DNA of 64,000 nt from Octopus vulgaris (Eukaryota), in the NCBI GenBank assembly GCA_951406725.2, contig OX597823.1, positions 59,582,001 to 59,646,000 of the forward strand. The letters are read 5' to 3'. A program made the translations under genes and the position numbers. Shown here in pieces: positions 12,235-25,060 of the stretch. The notes under the pieces were generated by a model. It was not told the DNA's origin. It did no database searches and was given only the letters and a program-made list of their open reading frames with translations. Within the stretch, counting starts at the first letter, position 1. Every line of letters begins with the position of its first letter.

Positions 12235-13570
12235 TTACTTTTAATCTGCATGTTTGATGCAATCACCTGCCGGGGCACACCCAGCGCCCTAGGGCAAGTG
12301 AAGGTTAAGAGTTGTTGAAATACAGCTGAAAGCTTGGGGAGGGGAAGTAGAGATATATCTCCATGTAATGCAAACACAGACATTTACATTGATAGGGTTT
12401 TTCTAAGGATGTGGGCAGTACTTGTTAGCACAATCTTTTGGATTTCCTTGAGACATGGTTTTCCAGGGATATTGTCTAGGTGTTTCTGACATCCCTTTTT
12501 TATCATACCTAGGGCACCTACAATAACAGGAACAGTTTTTGTTTTAAGATTCCACATCCTCTGTATTTCGATTTCCAGGTCCTTATATTTACTAAGTTTG
12601 TCAAATTCCTTGACAGATACATTTTTATCAGTGGGGACGCCTACTTCTATTAGTCTGCAGGTATTTTCTTCCCTGTCCTTAACAATTATGTCTGGTCGAT
12701 TAGCCTTGATCGTTCTGTCAGTGTTGACTGGAAAATCCCAGTGGATGGTGACATCTTTACCTTCAACAACTGGCTGAGGATGGTGTTCGTACCAGTTAGC
12801 AGGAATGTCGGATTTGTAGTGTTTACATATCTTCCAATGTATATACTGTCCTACCCTATCGTGGCGATTTTTGTATTCGTTTGGTGTCAGCACAGGACAT
12901 CCCGAAACGAGATGGTCTATCGTTTCGTCAAATGTGTCGCAGAATCTGCATTTAGGGTCAGTACCGTTTCGGAGAACGTTATTGCCTGGTAATTTCTGGT
13001 AAACAAGCTTTGATCTTGTGCTGCCATTATGAAACCTTCAGTCTCTGCTTTCAATCCAGAGCTCTTCAGCCACTGATGGGTTGTTGCTTGGTCTACATCA
13101 GCATTTTGGCTTCGGAGAATATATTGTCCATGCAGGGGCTTCTGGCTCCACCGCCTCTCAATTTGATTCTGCCCGTTCTTTTTTGCAGTCTGCTTGATTC
13201 GCTTTGCTTGCTTGGTAGCAGTGGTTTCCGGCTCTTCATCTGATTCAAGGTTAATGTCTAGTTCCCTTTCGAACTTATAAGCTTCCTTGACAATAGAATG
13301 CAGCTTTTTGTTGCTTTCGTGTTCGCGCACAAGTCGCAGCATCCAGTCCTTTGTACTAGATAGGTACCTGTTCATTCCTACAGTAGAGGTCTTATAGCAC
13401 AGCTCTAATTGCATCATTCCTCTCCCCCGCTGCTTCTAGGTAGGTACAAGCGGTCTACATCTGCCTTAGGGTGGTGCATGCTCCTGGATGTCAGTAACTT
13501 TCTTGTCTTCCTGTCTAAGCGTTGGAGTTCCGTAAGGTTCCAGTTAATGATATTAAAACTGTACTGGACT
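12235..13570 (-). mobile_element. 5'-truncated R4/Dong-like non-LTR retrotransposon (post-RT region, CCHC knuckle, restriction-like endonuclease), two frameshifts
   Basis: Translation gives HHPKADVDRLYLPR...KPLHGQY...AAQDQSL...CRFCDTFDETIDHLVSGC...RHD...NRPDIIV...KLSKYKDL...PVIVGALG...QKIVLTSTAHILRKTL. Both flanks are (TAA)n. Confidence 0.92.
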
Positions 13571-13572
13571 AC

Positions 13573-13633
<61 letters not shown>

Positions 13634-13669
13634 ATTACTATTATTATTATCATTATTATTATTATTATT

Positions 13670-14120
13670 GAGTGAGAGAGCAGTAAATGCCATCAAAGTG
13701 ATACTGGGTAAAATATACGAAGCCCGGTATACCCATCATGACTACCCGTCTGATAAGGGTACACCAGGCCCATGCATCACAACCATATGTGCGCGACATG
13801 GTGATCTCATATCAAGATAAACAGCACATGACCTTGCAGGTGGGGCCCAGTTAGAATTTTCTTCTGGTCAAGTAACCCATCCCATTCAAAAGCTCTCTGA
13901 ATAAGGGTTGTTTAAGGAAGTTGAACGAAATACCCATGTTTCCAGAAGTGAAGTATTCAAATCCCAAAGAATCCCTCTCAACACATGGTTATGATGCTCC
14001 CCAGTACTTCTGCTCATGATCAGAGATGCACATATCGTCAGTCACTAAGGGACATGCTCAACTGGTTAAGGTCAAACAACTGACAAGCAAATCTGTGGTA
14101 TTTAGCAGAATATTTGCTCA
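13670..14120. mobile_element. Non-coding interspersed repeat in (TAA)n, copy 1
   Basis: Close copy of 14202-14650, with the same left boundary gagtgagagagcag. Confidence 0.8.
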
Positions 14121-14201
14121 ATAATAATAATAATAATTATTATTATTATTATTATTATCATGATTATTATTATCATCATTATTATTATTATTATTATTAT
14201 T

Positions 14202-14733
14202 GAGTGAGAGAGCAGTTCATGCCATCAAAGTGACACTGGGGTAAAATATACGAAGCCCAATATACCCATCATGACTACCCGTCTGATAAAGGTACACCAG
14301 GCACATGCATCACAACCATATGTGCGCGACATGGTGATCTCATATCAAGATAAACAGCACATGACCTTGCAGGTGGAGCCCAGTTAGAATTTTCTTCAGG
14401 TTGAGTAGCCCATCCTGCTCAAAAGGTCCCTGAATAAGGGTTGCTTTAGGATGTTGAACGAAACACCTATGTTTCCAGAGGTGAACCATTCAAACTCCAA
14501 AGAATCCCTCTCAACACATGGCCATGATGCTCCCCCACTACTTCTGCTCGTGATCAGAGATGCACGTATTGTCAGCCACTAAGGGACATGCTCAACTGGT
14601 TAAGGTCAAACAACTGACAAGCAAATCTGTGGTATTGAGCAGAATATTTGCTGTAGCCCATCTTTTATACCAAGACAAAACAATGTACATGATAACACTT
14701 CCAATCAGTTAAGATCAGAAGCCATGAGAGCCA
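14202..14733. mobile_element. Non-coding interspersed repeat in (TAA)n, copy 2
   Basis: Longer copy of 13670-14120. Confidence 0.8.
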
Positions 14734-14777
<44 letters not shown>

Positions 14778-14814
14778 CATTATTATTATTGTTATTATCA
14801 TTTTCTCTTAATAA

Positions 14815-14995
14815 CAAATTTTGTTGGAGTTCTTAGAGTCTTGCATACATAGTGAGTTTAGTACCTGCAGCCTACAGCACCATGCTATTCGTTCTTTTTC
14901 AGGTATCTAATACTTTCCTGATTATTCTGGCCGTGCCAAGGAGGCAAACTTATTGTAACAGTTCTGCTGGGCTCTCTATTCCAATTTCTTTTATA
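14815..14995 (-). mobile_element. 3' end fragment of an R4/Dong-like element
   Basis: Minus strand reads KEIGIESPAELLQ*VCLLGTARIIRKVLDT*. Same family as 35780-36420. Confidence 0.8.
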
Positions 14996-14998
14996 TTA

Positions 14999-15080
<82 letters not shown>

Positions 15081-15943
15081 CATCACTATAATTATTATTA
15101 TTATTACTATTACTTTTCTTCTTCTTTCAATTTTGTTTCCATTTCTTGTCGCATTTCTTCTCGACATCTAGGGCAAAGAAACTCACTGTATATATTGGTA
15201 GGCCATTAAAATAAATGCACCTGATTGTTCCATTTTCCAAAGTCAAGTTATGTGATAGATAAAAAGGGAAGAAAGAGATAAAAAAGAATAAAAATACAAA
15301 AAATACGAAAAAGTAAACAGAAAACAAAGAAGAGGATGATGACAATGCATTTTCTCTCAAATTTTTCCACCACCTCAACCTGCAGTGTTATAAGATATTA
15401 GTCCCCTTCTCAGCCAGATACTAGAGTCCTACATTATACTAATCTCACTCTAAGTAGTTCAAATAACCCTAACCCTTACCCTACCACCATAGTAGATTAA
15501 ATGAGAATAATTTGTGAATATAAAGATAAAAAAAAAAGGAAATTAAAAATTAATTCAGGTACTTCATGCAAATTTATGTAGGCTCTCATGGAAGAGAGAC
15601 TTGGAAAGAATTAATCAATATTATGGCTGGAATATGATACAAGGGAATCTAAACTCTTTGAGACAATTCGTAATGAGACAGAAATAATGATGATGATGAT
15701 AATAATAATAATGATAATAATTATTATAATAATAATAATAATAATAATAGTAATCGTTTCAAATTTTGCCACACGGGAAGCAATGTGTCGATTTCATCGA
15801 CTCCACTGTTCAACTGTTACTTATTTTGTTGACCCTGAAGGGATGAAAGGTAAAGTCAAAATCAGCGAAATTGGAACGAAGAACATAGTGATGGGCAAAA
15901 TACCATTTTATCCAGCACACTAACAATTCTGCCAGCTTGAATA

Positions 15944-16004
<61 letters not shown>

Positions 16005-16031
16005 TAATGATGATAATAATGATAATAATAA

Positions 16032-16452
16032 TATGAAAACTATATTTGACATTGATGCCACCATAGAAACCATCAAACAAAAGGTATGTGGTAAAGCTGC
16101 CCACATAGCAAGGTATGAAAAGTGCGTTAGATTCTTCAAGGACAACAACATGTTAAAAAATAATCCCAAAAATGTTTCCAGGAAGATGGGGAAAATACTA
16201 ATTATAATAAAGTCTGTCCCATCAAAAGAAGAAGTGCAGGAATTTTGGAATAAAATTTAGGCAGAAGAAAAAACACACAATGAAAAGGCCCCTTAGATTG
16301 ATGGAATATCTTCAGACTTAGACTCCTTAGAAGAGCAAAAGTGGGAGGGTGTCAAGGCAGAAGATGTAAGATCTGCTCTCAGGAAGTCAAGCAAATGGAA
16401 GTCTCCAGGAAAGGATAAAATTCCTAACTTCTGGTTGAATGCTTTCCCAGGC
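16032..16452 (+). mobile_element. R4/Dong-like fragment (region N-terminal to the RT core)
   Basis: IETIKQKV...ARYEK...PSKEEVQEFWNKI*AEEKTHN...VRSALRKSSKWKSPGKDKIPNFWL, following an (AAT)n tract. Confidence 0.8.
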
Positions 16453-17750
16453 AGGTTTTTGTTTAACTTGTTTAGTCACTGTTGATTAAGTAGTTTTATG
16501 CCCCTAAGTAAGTTCAATGTGTTGGTCACTTCTTTTTCTTGTATTACTGTGATTATACTGCTCACTGTGCTTTTAAAGTTGACAAGATGTGTTTTAAAGA
16601 GTGTAAAGTATGATTTGAAATAGATTTCACAGCTATTTCTAATATGTCGAGTAACTACTCAGGAACATTTTTTATTGGTTTGGTTGCCTTCAAGAGACAA
16701 GTAGCAGCCTTTGATTCATAGCAGGAATATGCAAATACAATTTATATGGGCATATGTGACAAGTTCTTCATATCAATTTATTTTGGTAACCAAATATTTA
16801 ACAATTTTGAGTAATTAATTTCTGATTGCAAATTAGAATTCATTTTTTGATCACTTGGGCTTTCTACAGCAGTAAAAAATGCTTAAAATATGAAGTATTT
16901 GATATCATCATCATCATCATCATCATCATCCTCTTCATCATCATCATCATCATCATCCTCATCATCATCATCGTCGTCGTCGTCGTCGTCATCATCGTCA
17001 TCATCATTTTCATTGTTATCATCATCATCATCATCATCATTTTCATTGTCGTCATCATCATCGTCATTTTCATCATCGTCGTCATCATCGTCATTTTCAT
17101 CATCATCATCATCATTTTCATCATCGTCGTCGTCATCGTAATTTTCATGATCATCATCATCATCATCATCCACATAATGTTTCAAGTATGGTAAAACACT
17201 ACCTGGCACTCCATCAGTTACGACAATCAGGATTCCAGTTGATCCAATCAATGGAACAGCCCACTTGGGATATTACCATACAAGTGGTTGAGCACTCCAC
17301 AGACATGTGTAACTATTCTTAGGGAGATTCAGCATGACGCAGAATATTACAACACTGGCTGTTTGAATTACAGGTACAACTCATTTTTGGCAACTGAAGG
17401 AATTGGGACAATGTGAAATAAAGGTGTCTTGCTCAAGGACACAACATGCCACCAGGAGTTGAACTCAGAACCTTACAGTCATAAGCTGAATACCCCTAGC
17501 CACAAAGCCATGCACTTTCACTTGGTTACAAATTAACATGGGACAAGAAAAACAGCACAAAAACAAAGTAAAGAAAAAACAACAAAAACAACCACAGAGT
17601 ATATTTGGTTGATTCTCAATAAATAAGGAAAAAGAATTAAATGTCTTTAATATTTCAAGTGTTCATTCTTCTTCTGAAAAGAATAGGCAAGGAGCGAATA
17701 GACAAGAATAGACAAGGAGAGAAAAATGGAGATATAGAAACATGTGCAAT

Positions 17751-17898
17751 CAGGGCCAGCCCCAGGCAAGTTGAACTTTGGTGTGCACAAGCTGACAGTC
17801 TTGTAAGTTTCCTTGTATTTGTCATGCCACCTTGGCACCCTCTAGCACTTGATGCCCCAGGTTACTGCCTAAGTTGTCGGAACCTTGAGCTAGCCTTG
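17751..17898. mobile_element. Probable hAT-type MITE
   Basis: Ends cagggccagccccagg / ccttgagctagccttg are degenerate TIRs. The 8-bp flanks tgtgcaat / catgcaat resemble a TSD. Confidence 0.5.
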
Positions 17899-17957
17899 CA
17901 TGCAATATAGATACATGGGTATATTAACATTATTTTCATTGATATAAGGGTAATTGA

Positions 17958-18610
17958 TGGTGGTGAGTTGGCAGAATCATTAGCAGGCTGACCAAGATGC
18001 ACAGTGGCATTTCATCCATCTTCACGTTCTCAGTTCAAATTTCACTGAGGTCAACTTTGATCTTTCATCTTTCAGGCTTACTAAAATAATACCATTTGAG
18101 CACTGGAGGTGAAGTAATTGACTTATCCTCTTCCCTGAAATTGCTGGCTTTGTGCCAAAATTTGAAGCCAATGTAAGTGTGACTGATTGGCAATATCATG
18201 ATAGCCTTAAGGCAACAAGGTGGCAGAATCGTTAGCATGCTGGAATTTTGTCTGTCTTTATATCCTGAGTTCAAATTCTGGTGAGGTCAACTTTGCCTTT
18301 TATCCTTTTGGGTCGATAAATTAAATACCATTTGTGTACTGGGGTTGATCTAATCAACAGACCCCCTTCCCCAAAATTTCAGGACTTGTGTATAGAGTAG
18401 GAAAGAATACTGTGATAGCCATAAGGGGGCAAGCTGGCAGAATCATTACCATGCCAGGCAAAATGCTTAGCAGTATTTCTTCTGTCTTTATGTTCTGAGT
18501 TCAAATTCCACTGAGGTCAACTTTGCCTTTCATCCTTTCGAGGTCAATAAATTAAATACCAGTTGTGTCCCCACAAGATTTCCGGCCTTGTGCCTAGAGT
18601 AGAAAAGAAT
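17958..18610 (+). mobile_element. Three tandem family A SINE copies
   Basis: tggcagaatcRttagc...agttcaaatt...gaggtcaacttt repeated at ~17958, ~18208 and ~18423. Confidence 0.8.
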
Positions 18611-18739
18611 ATCATGATAGCCTAGGGCAACAATTTTTTGTTATAGTTGTTACAGCATTTTTCACACTTTGAGTCCAAGTACCTCAGAGGTCATCTTTGC
18701 TTTTATATTTCTGAGTTTGTTAAAATGAAATACTAATTC

Positions 18740-18960
18740 TGGGAGAAATTTCTAACCTGGGTTCTCATTCCTAAGGTATTTTTTGAGTTGTTAAGAGCGC
18801 GGGCTACTAACCCCAAGATTCTGAGTTTGATTCCAGGCAGTGACGTGAATGATAATAATAATAATAATAATGATAATAATAATAACAATAATAATAATAA
18901 TAATGATAATAATAATAATAACCACAACAATAACAATAATAATAATAATAAAAATAATAA

Positions 18961-19014
<54 letters not shown>

Positions 19015-19135
19015 CAACATCGAAAAACACCTTAAGAATGAGAACCTAGGTTCGAAATTTCCCAAGACACCTGATGAAGGCTGGAAGGTATATCAGCCAA
19101 AATAGCCGTCAAATGTAAATAATATAAATAATGTA
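18740..19135 (+). mobile_element. tRNA-headed SINE-like element with (AAT)n body, hammerhead-like tail and 5' inverted segment
   Basis: tRNA-like head 18786-18847 (gagtttgattcc B-box). Tail gacac-CTGATGA-a-ggctg..cagcc-aaaa at 19066-19102. 18740-18785 is an inverted copy of 19021-19064. Confidence 0.65.
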
Positions 19136-20101
19136 TGAAATGAAGTGTTTTTCTCAAGAACACAACATGTCACCTGGTCCAAGAACTGAAACCTCAATTT
19201 TATGATCATGAAACCAACACCCTAACCACTTAGCCACATGCCTCCACTAGACAGAAAGGGCAACCAACCATTAAGAAAAATGTACCTTGGCAAATTCCGT
19301 CAGACCACGCAAGCATGGAAAAGTAGACATTAAAACAATGATGAGGATGACTGATGATGATGATGATGATGACTTCTAATGGCTAAAGGAGAAAAAAACA
19401 CAAATTTCCCAATGAAGGGGAATTTATAGTTAATCAAATTGATCTCCCTGTATTTCCGATATTAATTTAGTCAAAATTGAAGATGAAAATGGCAAAGAAG
19501 TCTCTAACAGGATTTGATCTTAGGACCATGCAGCATTAAACAAGAGACATTGAAATATTCTGTTCATCATCCCACAACACCCTCTCTTTCTCTCTTTCAG
19601 ACATCTTCACTTTTATTATTAATTATTCAAATTTCTGATTATCACTAATTGCCTCATTTCATACACAAGTGCCCATATAAAAATTGTATTTGCATTTAAC
19701 CTAATTCTTTGGTCATTAAAAAAAAGCTGCTTTATCATCATCATCATCATCATCATCATCACTACCATTGTCATCATCATCATCATCATCATCATTACTA
19801 TTAGTATCATCATTATCATCAGCATCATCATCATCAATATCCTTATCATGATTGCTATTGTTGTTGTTGTTGTTATGGTTTACTTTGAATGGTCAAGTTT
19901 AATGGAGCTCCACTTAGGAGATATTTTCTTCCAATATTACTTGATGGAAAACTGTTTTTCTTTTATCTATTTATTTATTACCAACAAAAGGTTTCAAAAT
20001 ATGTTGAAGTCTACCCCATTACCTGGAGTGGAAATGAATATTCTTGTGAGCATTGTTTCTAAGCTTATATCCATTTTTACTCATTATTATTTCTACTATT
20101 T

Positions 20102-20560
20102 AAGGCAGTGAGCTAGCAGAACCATTAGCATGCCTGACAAAATGGTACCAGCATTTCATCTATCCTTACGGTCTGAGTTCAAATTCTGCCGAGGTCAACT
20201 TTACCTCTCATGTCTTTGGAGGTCAATAAAATTAGTACCAGTTAAGCATTGGGGTTGAGATAATCAACTAGTCCCCACTCCCCCAAATTTCAGGCCTTGT
20301 GCCTATAGTAAAAAAAGGATCATTAATGTTGTTAAGGCAGCAAGCTGGCAGAATCATTAGCACACTTGACAAAATATTTCTCCATATTTCTTCCGGTTAT
20401 ACTTTGTGAGTTCAAATTCTGCTGAGGTCAACTTTGCCTTTCATCCTTTTTTGGGAGGAGGGGGGGTTAAAAGAAATAAGTACCAGTTGAGTACTGGGGT
20501 CAATGTAATTAACTTACCTACTTCCCCAAAACTGCTGGTTTTGTACCAAAATTTAAAATC
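20102..20560 (+). mobile_element. Two tandem family A SINE copies
   Basis: Same head, B-box and central motifs at ~20102 and ~20334. Confidence 0.8.
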
Positions 20561-21122
20561 ATTATTTCAGCAATGTATTTTGATGCAAAATGGCTTCAAT
20601 TGTGGAGATGGAAAGACATTCAAGCCATAATGAAATTAGTAGTCAATATGTACATCACCAAATTTCGAAAACATAAAAATACAGATTTAAAAAAAAGAAA
20701 GAAGGAAAGATAACAATTAACCATTTAGTATTTAAACCAGCCATATGCAACCCAAATATTCTACTTGTTTTATGTTCAAACTGGCCATATTTGGCCTCTC
20801 ACACCTACCCTACAATGTCATTTTAAAAATTAACAATCACATCATTAAAATCTCAGAGCTACAAGATACATTCCCTTTTTCTCCTGGGAAAACAAAGCAT
20901 CAGAACACTGGACCTGGCACCCTGCTTCTTCTCAATTCAAAAATTTGAGCAAAATCAATTCCAATATCGGGACCAACTTCGTGCAAGCATGAAGGAATGC
21001 TAGCAAAAGACTGATCTTCTAAATAGAAACCTTACCTGCCATTGTAGTTTTGTGGCATGAAGTAAAGCAGGCCTTGCTGCCCACTGAAGAAAACACATAG
21101 TAAATGATCCATATGCACATGT

Positions 21123-21424
21123 GGAGGCACATGGCCTAGTGCTTAGAGCAGTGAACCCGTGGTCAAGGGATCGCGGGTTCGAATCTCAGACCGGGTGATG
21201 TGTGCGTTTACAAGCGAAACACCTAAGCTCCATGCGGCACCGGCAGAATGTAATGGTGAACTTCTGCTGACTCTTTTACCACAACTTTCTCCCACTCTTT
21301 CCTCCTGCATCTTGCAGCTCACCTGCGATGGACCGGTGTCCCGTCCAGGTGGGGATCCTATATGCCAAGGAAACCGAGAAACAGGCCCTTTTGAGCCAGG
21401 CATGGCTTGAGAAGGAACAAACAA
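21123..21424 (+). mobile_element. tRNA-derived SINE, family C
   Basis: A-box tggcctagtgcttag, B-box ggttcgaatctc, GC-rich body and (aaac) tail. Confidence 0.8.
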
Positions 21425-24400
21425 TCCATATGCACTTGAGCAAACTGAGTTCTCAACTTGTTCCATTTGCCAAAGGGTTTGCAGGGTACCAGCAGGCCTC
21501 AAGAGATACGTTCGTGTCCATAGGACATGATTACTTTATTTTACTGAACTCTCATTTGTCGTCCACAACAAGAGAATCCATCACTTGAAAGTAAAGTGAA
21601 TAATGAGCATTACATTTGCCAAAATAATCTGAATGCTAAAAGGTTAAGCAAATAGATGTTGGTATAAACACACAAAGTAAAAAAAATTAGATGTAAAACC
21701 ACAAAGTAAAAAGTTAGATGTAAAAGTCCCATCACTCATTACACACAATAACAACCACAGCAACTCTTATTTTGTCAGCATTGTGAGTGACAGAGAGGCA
21801 ACTGATATGAAACAACTCCAATCAAAAAAAGAAACATGGTAAAGATATGTTACACAAATCAATTCCACCTTGCTGGAAAAAATGTACACATGAAAAAGCA
21901 AGGTGGTAAGTTTTTCTGTTTTCTAAAATATGGAAAGAATTTCCATATTTCTTCAAATGAGAAGCTGAATGGAGTCCTTATCAATGTGTAACAGAACATG
22001 CTCTCTCAAAAGGTGCATGGCACATGAAATCTGGTGCCTATTATTTAAGAAGGAGAATAAGTTCAGAGGCAGACAGAGCTCATGCATTGCATGCTTACCT
22101 CCAGACTGGTATCACAACTGGTAAAGAATGCACTCGTCATAGCCACAGATATAGGTTTTGATGGCAGCTCTTGTCATGTCATCATCTTAGCAGAATAATA
22201 TAGACAGGTTGTGAAGACAGAAATGAAATACAATAGCATGTGATAAAGTGGGAGTTTGCATTAGCATCCAGGTCCTGAGACCACAATATTATTTCAGAAC
22301 CATAGCCCGTAATAGGCGTGGGATGAGGGCCAATCAAATTATTTGTACATGGTACATCATCATCATCATCATCATCATCATTGCCATTGTCATCTTTGTC
22401 ATCATCCTTATCATCATCAGCAGTGTCGTCATCATCCTCTCCATCATCACCATCACTGTATTATCATCAACACTGAGCCTTGTCATATCGGTTTTGTAGA
22501 TTTGCATGTTTCACATCTTCAACAATAATATTAATTAATTTCTTATAAGCCATTTTTCAATAGCCACTATTTTCAAGTAGGGGGGAAAAAATGAGACATA
22601 AAAAAACCCCAATTTCTTTGTGACTGAAGTATTGATTTCATATTTAATGCATAAAAAATGGGTATAGCCAATTGGATTAATTACATTACATGTATGACAT
22701 TGCTATTTTTTTAAATCCATTCTAAAAGCATAAAAGACAAGAGTTGGTCCAAGTAGGATTAGAACTCAGAATTTAGTACAACCAATCCCTAAATACTGCA
22801 AATTACTTCAAAGTCTGCACTCAACTTTTTCCATAGCCCCCACCATATTTCTCCACATCAAGTTCCCATGCAGATGGCGAAATAGAAAGGCTTCAACTGG
22901 GTTTGAAACTATTTTATAGGCTTTGTTTTAGATACAAGTTTAACATTTATTGAAAAGAGTTCACTCTCTTGTTGATATATTAAGAAGACTGTACAACCTA
23001 GCTTCAGGTTTCAGCTTGGTTGCAACAGATTTATTTTCAACCTAGCTGAAAGAAGAAACCCAAAGCTGGATTTTAAGTTTTCAGATGTTACTTGTCATCA
23101 TATATTGTTGATTTGCTGATAATGGACAATAGAAAAAGAGAAAATTTAATCTGTAAACTACTAAACAAAGAAATCTTATGCTACTTAGAAATCGAAAGAC
23201 AGTTGAGATGATTTTCTATCAAAATACATGTCAGAAACTTTAGTAGAAGATGTTGATAGATTCTTTCTGAATATCTGTTTAAGAGTGAAAAATACACACA
23301 AATTGCCAACAAATACAAAAGGTTGTTTTTGAAACTGCAGACTGTTTTTAAGTAATTAATGTCTTTCACAGAAATCACCAAACCCTTGACTTAATTGTCT
23401 AAAAGTGATATTTTACCATCACAGACAGAAAAAATATTTTAATGAGCCTATTAAGCTATTTATGGTAACCTACATAATGCTCTCTTCTCACCATAAGAGG
23501 AGCATTGAACATCAGGTATATTCTTTCCTTTGGCATTATATTATAGATTTAAATTAAACCTGATGCCAATATGATGGTATATCTTGTAAATTACCATAGT
23601 TATAAAGTTACATCTTTCTAAAATGTTCCTGGCTAGTCTCTATTCATCCTATTGTTGTATTGTTATGAATTTCTTTTCATTTTTCCATATTTCTCAACCA
23701 CAATATTAATTCTGTCTTTTCTTAGTTACCTTTTCGACAACATTATTATGATCAGAGCGATAACATTCTAATCAATTTATTCTTATTATTTATTTACATT
23801 TTCACCCCTTCCATCTCTGAAAGTGTGTATAAAATAAAAGGGAAAAAGAAATATATCTATAAACATTAGGTTTAGAGTGCACCCATTTTAAAGTGAGATG
23901 CTATATGATATGGAAAATAGATATGAAGCAAACTTCTTTCAGATGCTTCAAGCTTTATAATAAAATAACACAATAAACTTGCAGAGATTATGAATCCTGA
24001 ATATTGCTGATTCACAATGGGGGGTGCTAAACTTTTCGAATAAAAGATATCATGTATCATGGCACATTTCAATAAGCGACATAACCATACAAGCACATTC
24101 AATGACCATTTTGGACAATCACAGAGATAGTCAATGAAATTGAAGCACTACTTCTTTTATCTTGATATTTTTATATACATATATATTTGTTAACTTTATT
24201 TAAATTTTTTCTTTCTTTTTTTTCTGTATTCAATTGGTAAGTTGTTCATGTGGACACCAATAGAATTTACTTCTTATAAAAGATTATATTTATTCAAACG
24301 ATAAATCTCCTATATCTGTCGTAACAAAATTTTAGCATTTGTTAGTAAAGCCAGCCCTAACTAACTAGCAAGAACTGTTTAAAAATAAATAAAATGAAAG

Positions 24401-24744
24401 CAAGTAGATCATATATCGTTAGGCATCCAAACACTTTTGATAATGACCTGCTGGAGACCAGCCTCTGGTTCTAGAATATGAAACCTCTCCTTTTACAGCT
24501 GTCATATTTTAAATTCAAATTTACTTTCATAAAATTTCATATGAGACCTCTTCTTTAAGTTATGTACCAGAAACCATTTTGATAAAATATGCTTAGTTAT
24601 TTTACTAAACCTATCTAAGTTAACGAGTAATTTCAAAATTAATTGAAACATACAAGGTATGTATTTCATGAAAAATATAGTCACAAAAGATTTAATAGAA
24701 GCAATAGCCTTCAAGAAGTGGTTTCCTTGATTTTAGAGACATAT

Positions 24745-25060
24745 TTGACTGGCTTCCATGCCGGTGGCACGTAAAGAGCACCATCCGAATGTGGCCGATG
24801 CCAGCGCCACCTTGACTGGCTTCCGTGCCGGTGGCACGTAAAAAGCACCAATCCGATTGTGGCCGTTGTCAGCCTCGCCTGGCACGTAAAAAGCACCCAC
24901 TACACTCACAGAGTGGTTGGCGTTAGGAAGGGCATCCAGCTATAGAAACACTGCCAGATCAGACTGGAGCCTGGTGCAGCCTTCTGGCTTCCCAGATCCC
25001 AGTCGAACCGTCCAACCCATGCTAGCATGGAGAACGGACGTTAAACGATGATGATGATGA
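24745..25060 (+). mobile_element. SINE-like repeat with ggcacgtaaaaagcacc units and (tga)n tail
   Basis: Homologous to 58961-59470 and 3550-4095. Confidence 0.8.

Noticed and set aside
16864-17251. Poly-Asp / poly-Ser / poly-Met ORFs
   Set aside because: Degenerate (TCA)n microsatellite.
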